A DNA stretch of 41,721 bases, taken from the NCBI GenBank assembly GCA_029932385.1, contig JAOZQE010000005.1, positions 1 to 41,721 on the forward strand, read 5' to 3'. Below the pieces are notes generated by a model. It was not told where the DNA came from and did not search any database. It worked only from the letters and a program-made list of their open reading frames with translations. The position numbers and the translations under genes are program-made. Of the stretch, positions 20,149 through 28,887 are shown in pieces (within the stretch, counting starts at the first letter, position 1; each line of letters opens with the position of its first letter). The stretch comes from a bacterium (lineage in GTDB: Bacteria > Desulfobacterota > Anaeroferrophillalia > Anaeroferrophillales > Tharpellaceae).

Positions 20149-22578
20149 CTACCAACAGATGGCTGAAATCCTACTGGCTCCGTACATCGTTCCCAATATA
20201 GCCATGGCTGAAACATTTTCAGCCTGTTCAAGGTGCAGGGATCCTACTCCTTGAGCCATGGTTTCAGAACTGAACAAGGCCCCTACAGCATCACAGTATT
20301 TGGCCTGCGAACCAAGCTTGAGAATAACCTCTTCCAGCTCTTTACCATCAACCGCATAAGCCGTCAGTTTTATTTTCTGTTCAGTTTCGGCCCGATTGAT
20401 AAAAATCATGCCGGTCCACCAATAACTGTCACTTGCTATCTGAGGTAAATGTCGGGATGTTTCACTATGCATGGCTAAGAGCGGCAATGAGGCCGCGGAA
20501 TCACCCCCAAACTGGTAGGTCATAAAACCGGCAAACTCAGAGTCTGCGTGCAGACTCAACCAGGCCAAATTGATCTCCTCTTCACTGATTCCCCAGAGAG
20601 AACCATTCAGATCCAGTTCCACATGAGCAAAAGGTGCCAGATTAACAATATAATCTGCAAGTCCGGATACCTCAGAGTGACAGCGTAAAGTAACCACCAA
20701 ATCCTTCTCTGTAGGATTATAAAGTGAAAGTGTTGTACGCCAGCCGCTGCCGACCGCTGGATGAGGCAGTAACCACTCCTGAGCCAACTCAAGCAACGGC
20801 AATTGATCTTTAAGATAGTTCCCGGCACTCCGCAGAACCGCCCCGTCCAAACCGTTCCGCTCAGCATTAACCAGAGCCCAGCCGTTAACACTTATATTAT
20901 CAGGATAATCACCTTTTTCATATCGTACTATTTGCTCTCCGACCAGATTAACTTCCTGTTGCCGGTAAAATGTACCATCATCTTTATAATATCCTATGCT
21001 GACCTTATTCTCTTGATCATCAAGCTGAGCAAGATAGAGATCACTGCGAAACCGGGAATTGTAACGGCTGGTGAGCCAGGGGATGATCAGTCGTTTCGCC
21101 TGATTAACAGAACTTCTGGTAGAGCCGAAAAAGCGAGTCTCATCACCGACAAAGGTCAACCCGCACAAGGGTTCAGAGCTACTTACTTTCACGGCCAGCG
21201 GCTGATTTCCGAAACTGTAGTAATCTGTGACAATCGAGGTTGAGAGAACCGTTAAAAGTTGTTCATCCGCAGCCACATCTGCAAGTTTTCCCTCGCCATA
21301 AGGTAACCCTTTACTGCCAACCACTTCAATCCCGATCTTACCCTGATTCTCGATACTGGCCGCATTTCCCAACCAGTAACGACTGGTCGGAAAACCGTAA
21401 AACCAGTGCTGAAAAACCGCATCATAACTGGCGTAAAGCTGAACAGCATAACCGGTTTTATTCTCTTCATCCGGCTTCAACGTAAGCCGGTAAGTATCTT
21501 CAGCACTGTTTCCGGTAAGCGTAATTTCGTAAAGATTACGGTCAAGTTCCCGATCGACAACAACTTCTCCATCACGTTCGAGAATTACCCGCGCATGATT
21601 ACCGGCAACCTTCTGCCGATCGTAGGCAACCTTCAGTTTGATCGTTTCTCCATCCTGCAAATTTATAAAGAATACACGCGGGACAAGCGGTTGGAGCATT
21701 AACAGGTGATGCCCTGGTTTTAGTCGACTACCATAATACTCATCGTCGTGACTTAAGGCCATCTCCTTGACCACGTCATAATCTATAAACAGACGTTCGG
21801 GCCGCCGGGCAATCGGCACCCAGACAATATCAGGGTGATCCGCCATAGAAGCTCCGAGCCAGGAACCTCGACCTTTAATATAGTTGCCAGCTGCATCCTT
21901 ATCCAGTTTATAGGAGTAGTTTTTTTCAACTTCAACCGTTCCTTCATAGTCAGGAGGAATACCCTGATCGTTTGCGTGCCTGATTCGACATTGCACCTGA
22001 TCAGCATCGGCCCCGCGAACAATGGTCATCTCATAACTGTAGATGGGATAGGACCAGAATTCGTCGGAAATATCAAGATCAGCCGCAATTGCCTGGCCCT
22101 GTTCGCCGATATAGTTCAAGAGGTAACGGTGAAACGGTTCAGGGAAATAACAGTTTTCCCATAAAATTTCATCTTCCGCATGAATGGCCGAGAGAAGCCC
22201 TTTCTTATCTCCAACATTAAGGAAAATCTGGCGGGTTGCGGCCGGCTTAAAGTCCTGATGCTCAAGGATGGCGGCATTGGCCCAACCGTGACAGATTCCC
22301 CACCAATATGGAACATCGGGATCATGCCATGCTTCTTTTGCACTCTGGGTTGCGGCCGCCGGATAGTAACCACGGGTATAGAGATCATATTTTTCTATGG
22401 GCGAGGGGTGGCCATTGTAACCGTAGACAAGTTCACCCGACTGCAAAGGCCACCAGTATCCTGACCAGGGTTTGTGCGCGGCCTGGCCGCTCAAGGTTTC
22501 ACCATAAAGGGGCAATGCCAGAAACAGAACACTCACCAGAACCAATACGGCCCATATTCCGAATTTATTAATCATCAC
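20149..22578 (-). CDS. Exported transglutaminase-elicitor (GP42)-like protein with C-terminal repeated beta modules
   Basis: Signal peptide, then PWSGYWWP..SPIEKYD..WWGICHGWANAAILE..GDKKGLLS..EFWSYPIYSYE, which parallel Phytophthora GP42 motifs. The C-terminal half has about 4 degenerate W-x-G/T-L-x-x-x-N modules. Confidence 0.7.
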   Translation of the reverse strand: MMINKFGIWAVLVLVSVLFLALPLYGETLSGQAAHKPWSGYWWPLQSGELVYGYNGHPSPIEKYDLYTRGYYPAAATQSAKEAWHDPDVPYWWGICHGWANAAILEHQDFKPAATRQIFLNVGDKKGLLSAIHAEDEILWENCYFPEPFHRYLLNYIGEQGQAIAADLDISDEFWSYPIYSYEMTIVRGADADQVQCRIRHANDQGIPPDYEGTVEVEKNYSYKLDKDAAGNYIKGRGSWLGASMADHPDIVWVPIARRPERLFIDYDVVKEMALSHDDEYYGSRLKPGHHLLMLQPLVPRVFFINLQDGETIKLKVAYDRQKVAGNHARVILERDGEVVVDRELDRNLYEITLTGNSAEDTYRLTLKPDEENKTGYAVQLYASYDAVFQHWFYGFPTSRYWLGNAASIENQGKIGIEVVGSKGLPYGEGKLADVAADEQLLTVLSTSIVTDYYSFGNQPLAVKVSSSEPLCGLTFVGDETRFFGSTRSSVNQAKRLIIPWLTSRYNSRFRSDLYLAQLDDQENKVSIGYYKDDGTFYRQQEVNLVGEQIVRYEKGDYPDNISVNGWALVNAERNGLDGAVLRSAGNYLKDQLPLLELAQEWLLPHPAVGSGWRTTLSLYNPTEKDLVVTLRCHSEVSGLADYIVNLAPFAHVELDLNGSLWGISEEEINLAWLSLHADSEFAGFMTYQFGGDSAASLPLLAMHSETSRHLPQIASDSYWWTGMIFINRAETEQKIKLTAYAVDGKELEEVILKLGSQAKYCDAVGALFSSETMAQGVGSLHLEQAENVSAMAILGTMYGASRISAICW

Positions 22579-23036
22579 TTCTCTTTAATTTTATCAGTAT
22601 CAGATTTCCCGGAGACATCTGATTTTTTCTTCACAAACGGATTAATTGCAGATGCAGACGGCTTAATATACCAGTTATCAGTTTTCCAGACCCAGTTCAA
22701 CAGCAACGGCACTTTATTAAAAGTAAAACCCATCGCATTAATTTTATTCTCTATTTTAGTCTCTGCCTGCAAGCCGTCATCAGCAATCTTGATTGCGATA
22801 ATGGTGCTCTCTTTGACAACAATATTACCCCTTTTTACTCTTTCAGGTTCAAGATAAAGCTGGCGCAGCTGACCCAAATCATTTTTTTTACGGGCCTCAA
22901 TGTAGTTGTCAAGACGCTGTTTAAGAAGAATATTTTTATCAACCGGTTTCCCTCCAAGGCCGTTGCAGGCTGTAAATAAAAACGCCCCCAGTAAAATAAC
23001 GCAAAACCAGGTAACCCTCTTCTGATATATTTTCAT
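22575..23036 (-). CDS. Small lipoprotein (possible NTF2-like fold)
   Basis: Lipobox FTAC. GAGG lies upstream, and the stop overlaps the next start (ATGA). Confidence 0.7.
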   Translation of the reverse strand: MKIYQKRVTWFCVILLGAFLFTACNGLGGKPVDKNILLKQRLDNYIEARKKNDLGQLRQLYLEPERVKRGNIVVKESTIIAIKIADDGLQAETKIENKINAMGFTFNKVPLLLNWVWKTDNWYIKPSASAINPFVKKKSDVSGKSDTDKIKEK

Positions 23037-23220
23037 CTTTAGTTTTCCTCATTATCGGTATAATTAATTACGGCATCAACATTAAACCATAGTATTTTTC
23101 CAGTCAATTAAAATATTGTTAATTAAATTAATTATACATTCCTGATATCAGTAAATTTAAACTCGACAGCTATCTGTTTCTGATCTCTATCTATAAATGG
23201 ATATTTCCTGACGTTGGCAC

Positions 23221-23256
23221 AAAAAAGGAGAGGCCTTATGGCCTCTCCTTTTTTTT
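23221..23256 (-). terminator. Rho-independent terminator after the Cys-rich gene (bidirectional form)
   Basis: AAAAAAGGAGAGGCC-TTAT-GGCCTCTCCTTTTTTTT. Confidence 0.9.
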
Positions 23257-23311
23257 AATTTCAAGGATATCTTTTAACCAGAATTATCCTTTAAGTACTT
23301 CTATGGGATGA

Positions 23312-24562
23312 CTACGGCTTAGGACAATAGCCACGTATTTTACTAACACCACAACCCTCGCATGCACCCTTTGGAACCAGGTAGCCCTGAGCTAATTCGA
23401 GACCGTAACCAATAGTTACATATCCCTGAAGCCCTTGGTCAGCTACGATCTTAGCATACATCGGCGCATCAGCCGGCAGAGCCAACTCAGACAGAATATC
23501 TCCGACATTCACAGCTTCGACACTCTTCGCATCAATCTCAAGAGTCTTGCTTGCACTCTCACCGTCAGCATAAAAAGTGATCGTTGCGGTTGTGCTTGTG
23601 GCATTAGCATTTGTCAGCGCAAGACCAGTCCACCAGCCTTCACCAAACGCCATATACGGCAGACACATATAACAATCACTTGTGAAGCATTCAGAGAACA
23701 CACCGATTTCAACCAGACATTCACACAGAATCTTACAAGCGCCGGCACAGATATCGTCATTGTCAGGCATCTCAACGATCTCAACCTTGATCTTAACGGC
23801 TACGCCGAGTTGAATATCTGCTTCATTCGGATCATAGACCAGAGTCGGAATGTCGATCAGAAGGATAGACTGCAGATTCGTCATCAGATTCGTGTAGCAG
23901 GTCTGAACTGCGGTCACCCGGTTATCGTCGCAGGTAAAACAGCAGTCATCATCATTATCGTCAATATCAAACAGAGTCTGACCTGCAGTCATCGAGTAAT
24001 AATCAAGGGCGATCTTGGTAGCATCATCATCACAAGGATCAAGACAGAAATCACCACCGGTTAAACTCGGATCTTCGAATGTACCAACCCGAATCGGATC
24101 ATCAGCAAGAGGGGCAGCATCGGGACAATCAATATTACTAGCATCATCATAGCAATCCATATCATCACGGGCGACGTTGGAATTAGTCCAGTAGACACCA
24201 CCGGCAGGTTCCATAATAGTCAGACGGATCGCGTAAGATCCAGAAGTAGTAAATTCATCGATCTTTTCACAATCACAGAGCTTGAAAATGATGCCTCTGA
24301 CATTATGCTCGTCACAATAATTACCACCATCATAGTTGCTACCAAGTTCGTAATCAAACGTCGGGCACGGGCATTTAGAACCCTGAACCGGTGCACATGC
24401 CTTCAATTCGATCTGCTGGCCATAAGTCCAGGGAGCCTTAGCATTTTTGTCACATACAGCCTGAACACAAGGTTCACCGATTATGTCCGCACTAAAACCA
24501 GCAGCCACGGTCGTCAAAACGAATGCCATGGCCAGCAACAAAATTAAACTACTTTTTCTCAT
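23312..24562 (-). CDS. Exported Cys-rich (26 Cys), Asp-rich protein; candidate surface-layer/structural subunit
   Basis: Signal peptide, 26 Cys counted by hand, no CxxCH, and a C-terminal LPYM..GWWTGLALTN module. GGAGG lies upstream, and the gene has its own promoter and terminator. Confidence 0.75.
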   Translation of the reverse strand: MRKSSLILLLAMAFVLTTVAAGFSADIIGEPCVQAVCDKNAKAPWTYGQQIELKACAPVQGSKCPCPTFDYELGSNYDGGNYCDEHNVRGIIFKLCDCEKIDEFTTSGSYAIRLTIMEPAGGVYWTNSNVARDDMDCYDDASNIDCPDAAPLADDPIRVGTFEDPSLTGGDFCLDPCDDDATKIALDYYSMTAGQTLFDIDDNDDDCCFTCDDNRVTAVQTCYTNLMTNLQSILLIDIPTLVYDPNEADIQLGVAVKIKVEIVEMPDNDDICAGACKILCECLVEIGVFSECFTSDCYMCLPYMAFGEGWWTGLALTNANATSTTATITFYADGESASKTLEIDAKSVEAVNVGDILSELALPADAPMYAKIVADQGLQGYVTIGYGLELAQGYLVPKGACEGCGVSKIRGYCPKP

Positions 24563-24865
24563 CTGTTTCCTCCATTGTTTGTTAGCGATCTCCCTAAAAA
24601 GAGGGTAGATCTTTAAAAAAACTACAATTAAAAATAAAACACTTACACTTAAAATTTAGACCAAAACATTATTGGGGTAAGCTCTTACCCCGCGACACTA
24701 ACCTTCAGATTATCCTAACCTCAACCCCACCTCCTTTTTTGATCCCTCAAGCTACGCATCCTCTTAATAAATGCTGGAGTTAACGGCTCGGAGGGTCTTC
24801 GGGTCAGCCAGCGGGTCGTTTGGCATTACCCTGCTACCGACTATTAAACGATTCTAGAACGCCAT

Positions 24866-24893
24866 ACTATACGAGTCGCAATTTATTTGTCAA
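24866..24893 (-). promoter_or_regulatory. Near-consensus sigma70 promoter for the Cys-rich gene
   Basis: On the - strand: TTGACA (24893-24888), 16 nt, TATAGT (24871-24866), with AT-rich sequence upstream. Confidence 0.6.
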
Positions 24894-25088
24894 GCTATTT
24901 TTCTCAATTTTATTAGGAAAAATTAAGTAAACCAACTTTTTTTTCAAAAAATCTCTTTTTTTATGGGTAGGCCCCGCACTCCAAGGGTCGGATACGTCAC
25001 CAAAGATAAAACCCGGGGTCAACATCCTATATCCTAATAATAATTATGCAAAAACTAATCCAGAGGATAAATTTTTAACCAGATTAAA

Positions 25089-27323
25089 CTACTGATACGT
25101 CTTTTTGACCTCTTCAAGACGGTTAAGGAAAGGACGGCTGACAAACAGCGAGTCCTCTTCCTGGAGAACAACGTGCGGCGTGATAAAGAACATCAACTCA
25201 ACCGAGTGAAACTCATTACCCTCATAACCAACCAGATAGCGCAAGCCGGGAATCCGGCCGAGCCAGGGTACGCCGCTGTAGCCGTTACTCCGGCTCTGCT
25301 GGATGAGGCCACCGATAACAATCGTCTGGCCGTCGGCAACCGAAAGTACGGTCTCGGCCACCCGCTGCGAGAAGATCGGTGAATTGATCCCTTCGATAGT
25401 TTTATTTGAGAGCTGGCTGACCTCCTGATTAATCTCCATCCGCACCATACCGTTATCATTTATATGGGGGGTGACATTCAGGATAATCCCGACGTTACGA
25501 TATTGAATCGTGGTATCGGTGGTCTGAGCGGTCGAACCTGAATCGGTTGTCCGGTAACTTGAGGTTACGGTCGGAACATCCTCACCGACGTCAATTTTGG
25601 CGGTCTCACCATCGGAGGCCAGAATCTGCGGTGCCGAAAGGATATTGACCTTGTTATCCTCAGCCAGGGCCCGGACTATCGCCTTGAATCGAGTTGAATT
25701 ACTGACCAGAAAACTTAAACCGGAACCGACCAAGCTTTTTCCGCTGCCATCGATCAGGCCGAGACCGGAGTCAACCCCGATCAGACCGTTGGCATTGCCG
25801 CCGCCAAGGCCCTTCATCAGATAACTCCACTCGATGCCAAGCTTATTGGTTTCATCAAGCTTGACTTCGGCGATCGTTACTTCAATCAGAACCTGTTTCG
25901 GATAGATATCAAGTTTCTCAATAACCGGTTTGATCTTGCGATAATCATTGCCGGTGGCCCGGACCAGGATCGAGTTGGTTGTATCATCGACGACAAAAGT
26001 AACATCGCCCTCCAGGGTACCACTGACCGCGGCCCCGGGCCGGGCTTTGCGTTTATCTGCGGTGATCCGATTCTGGCGCTGATTATCCAGAATCTGCCGG
26101 CCGAGTGGTCTCGATTTATCTTTATCATCATCTTGAGTTTTTTTCTTCTCGTCGCCCGTGAAAAGACCTTCGAGAACCGCAACAATATCTTTCGCCACAC
26201 CATTTTGAATATAGTGGACAAAGATATCTTCACCCTGAGAATCCTGAGCCAGAATCGGAACCTCGCGATCGAGTTCACCAACCCACTCATCTACCAAAGA
26301 CAAAGATTCGAGATCACGGGAAAGGACAAGAATCATATTGATCCGCGGCAGAGCGAGAAAAGTCAACGAAGAGTTGGGATTACTCCCCTTACCGGCCGCC
26401 AGTCCGTAGGTTCCGGTCAGTTTCTCTAATTCCTTGACCATATCCTCGGCGTTGACATACTTTAAGAGGTAGACCCGTTGCTCAAGTCCGGCAAGCACGC
26501 TGGTATCAAAAAGCAGAAGCAGGCGTGCGACCTTACCTAGAACATGACTATAATCACTGACCAAAAGAATACCGCTTGCCTCATGGACATAGACCTGGGC
26601 TCCCTTACTTAAGTAAGGTTTAATAATGTTAACAAACTGGTCTCCGGGAAGATAACGCAGGCGATAAGCCCGAATAACCCGGCCCCGACTTTTTACCGAC
26701 TCACCCGGCAACAGGAGTTCACCCGCTTCCGCCGCCGCCGGGAGTGAAGCCTGGGGCATGATCTCCCACAACGGGCCGCGTTTAACCATGGCCACGCCGT
26801 TCATGCGTAAAACCCCATTCAATAGGGCCGAGATCTCTTCCCGGTTAAGCTCGGCATTAACCTCTAAGGTAACCTTGCCGCCAACCCCCTGATAGATTGT
26901 ATAGTTCTCTTGCAGAATATCCATAAAGAGACGTATAACTTCTACAAGGTCAGCATCGTCAAAATTCAGGGTAACCATCTCCCGACCCTTGATCTCACCC
27001 TTGATGTGATGGGTTTCCATCCCGGGAGCGGGACTTACCGCCCCGGTGGTAAAGCGTTTCAAACGCTGGTTCAGATCTTGTTCACGAACCTCAAGTTTTT
27101 CAAGCAGGTCATTTTTTTCCGTATCTTCATCTGCAACCTGATCCGATTCTTCCGTTTTCGCCGCGTTGTTCACCTGCGTCGGCGAAGGACGGTCCTTTAA
27201 AAGCCCGCCGGGAGGTAGTGCGTAGTCACTGGCCGTAGGTCGGAGAAAAGTACACGAGGTCAGCAGCAGACCGCTCATCAGAATAAGTAGTAATTGGAAA
27301 AATAATTTATGGTTTGTTCGCAT
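25089..27323 (-). CDS. gspD: Type II secretion secretin (lipoprotein-type)
   Basis: LNFDDADL (N0), KQVLIEVTIAEV, NILSAPQIL..A.IDVGEDVP, YRNVGIILNVTPHIN, GQTIVIGGLI and GVPWLGRIP. Lipobox LTSC. Confidence 0.95.
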   Translation of the reverse strand: MRTNHKLFFQLLLILMSGLLLTSCTFLRPTASDYALPPGGLLKDRPSPTQVNNAAKTEESDQVADEDTEKNDLLEKLEVREQDLNQRLKRFTTGAVSPAPGMETHHIKGEIKGREMVTLNFDDADLVEVIRLFMDILQENYTIYQGVGGKVTLEVNAELNREEISALLNGVLRMNGVAMVKRGPLWEIMPQASLPAAAEAGELLLPGESVKSRGRVIRAYRLRYLPGDQFVNIIKPYLSKGAQVYVHEASGILLVSDYSHVLGKVARLLLLFDTSVLAGLEQRVYLLKYVNAEDMVKELEKLTGTYGLAAGKGSNPNSSLTFLALPRINMILVLSRDLESLSLVDEWVGELDREVPILAQDSQGEDIFVHYIQNGVAKDIVAVLEGLFTGDEKKKTQDDDKDKSRPLGRQILDNQRQNRITADKRKARPGAAVSGTLEGDVTFVVDDTTNSILVRATGNDYRKIKPVIEKLDIYPKQVLIEVTIAEVKLDETNKLGIEWSYLMKGLGGGNANGLIGVDSGLGLIDGSGKSLVGSGLSFLVSNSTRFKAIVRALAEDNKVNILSAPQILASDGETAKIDVGEDVPTVTSSYRTTDSGSTAQTTDTTIQYRNVGIILNVTPHINDNGMVRMEINQEVSQLSNKTIEGINSPIFSQRVAETVLSVADGQTIVIGGLIQQSRSNGYSGVPWLGRIPGLRYLVGYEGNEFHSVELMFFITPHVVLQEEDSLFVSRPFLNRLEEVKKTYQ

Positions 27324-27375
27324 GCAATATCTCCATTCCGCGATTTATTACCAACGCATCAAGGTCAATCATATT

Positions 27376-28230
27376 CTACTTTCGCAACCGCTGATAGACC
27401 GGACCGAAAGGAGTGTTATGTTTTTTTAAGGTTCCCTTATTAACCATAGCTTCTTTTTCTTCAACTGAAAGTTTGCGGATCTGGCGCGAAGTCAAGCCCG
27501 AGGTTTCACTCTTTTTCCCGGCGGATACTCCGGGGGCTGAAACCTTAGCCGTTGAAGTTATAATCTTTGCCGACTTTTGCGGGACGGCCGATTTATCAAC
27601 TCTAATGTTCTTCTTATTGACGGTTTTAACCGGACGGCGGCTCTTATTATCATAGAGATTTACCGTAAACTCCTGGCCCCGTTCATCTTTTATCGTAACT
27701 TTCCGGGCTTCGACCTTAAGTACTTTATAGCTCGGCAGGTTGCGCCGAGGCAGATTGCCGCTATTTTTATCCTGAGCTTCTTCACCTTCAGCAACCAGCA
27801 TCTGCCCTTTTCGAAAACGCTTGAAATGGAGCATTGCTTTTCGGGTCTTACCGGAGATATAGGTTCCATAGAGAACCACATCCCGCCGGGTCGGGGCCGC
27901 AACCGGATCCTGAAACTCAGCTTTTTCCTCGCCCGCTACCGGTCTCGGGGCAGGAGCCTGCCAGGCTTTGCGATCGCTAGAAAAAAGATTTCTATCCGCG
28001 GTTACGGCGTAGCGTGAAACCTCGACTTTCGGCTTATCAAGTTTTGCGGTCAACTCTTTAATAGTCGCCTGAACCGTGGTTCCGGCCACTGCCGCCCCAT
28101 GCTTCTGTGAGGCAACAATCTCGATACCGGAATAACGCTTATATGTATGGCGGTCAAAAACCAGCACCAGTAGCGCTAAAACCAGAAAAAAAAGTGAGAG
28201 TCCGGCCCGGGAGGGAGCCCATTTAATCAT
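27376..28230 (-). CDS. GspC/XpsC(N)-like T2SS inner-membrane protein
   Basis: One N-terminal TM, RNLFSSDR and VVLYGTYI (HR-domain-like), in the position between gspM and gspD. Confidence 0.55.
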   Translation of the reverse strand: MIKWAPSRAGLSLFFLVLALLVLVFDRHTYKRYSGIEIVASQKHGAAVAGTTVQATIKELTAKLDKPKVEVSRYAVTADRNLFSSDRKAWQAPAPRPVAGEEKAEFQDPVAAPTRRDVVLYGTYISGKTRKAMLHFKRFRKGQMLVAEGEEAQDKNSGNLPRRNLPSYKVLKVEARKVTIKDERGQEFTVNLYDNKSRRPVKTVNKKNIRVDKSAVPQKSAKIITSTAKVSAPGVSAGKKSETSGLTSRQIRKLSVEEKEAMVNKGTLKKHNTPFGPVYQRLRK

Positions 28231-28255
28231 GCTCTTCCTCTAATACCCTTAGAGA

Positions 28256-28822
28256 TTACACGGTAAAAGCGGTAATCACTGCGTTAAAATAGTAAAACCG
28301 CTTCTCCCGGCGGCTGATGGTCTTAACCTCAACCTCATGGAGAAAGATAAATTTTTCATTGTTATTAATCTTAATCAGAAAATCTTTTATCGCTCCGATT
28401 TCAGCCCGACAGCTTAAACGCAGACGCAACATAGTTACCCCCGCCTTTTTGACGGCCGGTAAAAGCTTGGTGGTGCGCACATCGATAGAACTTTCCGAAG
28501 CCAGCTTCTGCAGCAGGTTCTGAAATTCAACCTCAGTTAAAGTCGGGGTCTCTCCTTGAATAAGTTTACGGCTTTTCACCTCCTGGTCGAATTTCTGCAA
28601 AGCCTTATCGAGGGCGGCAAACTCCTGCTGCCGAGCCACCAAGCGGCTGAATTTCGCAAACTGCAGCTCTTTTAAGGCAATATCATCATCTAAAGCCTGA
28701 CTCCGGGACTGATAAAACCCCAATCCGGCCCGGCCGATGACCAGAACCAGCAGAACTCCGACCACCGCCAGCAGAATCTCACGCCGTTTAAACAACTCGA
28801 TATAATAGTCTAATTTTTTCAT
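28256..28822 (-). CDS. gspM: T2SS protein M (GspM/PilO-like)
   Basis: RREILL..TM, a coiled coil and a ferredoxin-like C-terminal domain, in the position after gspL. Confidence 0.7.
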   Translation of the reverse strand: MKKLDYYIELFKRREILLAVVGVLLVLVIGRAGLGFYQSRSQALDDDIALKELQFAKFSRLVARQQEFAALDKALQKFDQEVKSRKLIQGETPTLTEVEFQNLLQKLASESSIDVRTTKLLPAVKKAGVTMLRLRLSCRAEIGAIKDFLIKINNNEKFIFLHEVEVKTISRREKRFYYFNAVITAFTV

Positions 28823-28887
28823 TTCACAAAAGAAATTAAAAGATTCTCAATGGCTTGCCGGCTTAAGCCGGCAGCTTCTTACCCGGG

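Noticed and set aside
23312-24562. Multiheme cytochrome or ferredoxin call for the Cys-rich protein
   Set aside because: There is no CxxCH and no CxxCxxCxxxC motif, and it has a Sec-type rather than a Tat signal.
24770-24840. c-di-GMP-I (GEMM) riboswitch, suggested by GCTACCGA on the + strand
   Set aside because: It is on the wrong strand for the downstream gene, and I cannot find the GGCAAAC/GAAA P1-P2 core. It is kept only as an unnamed structured leader.
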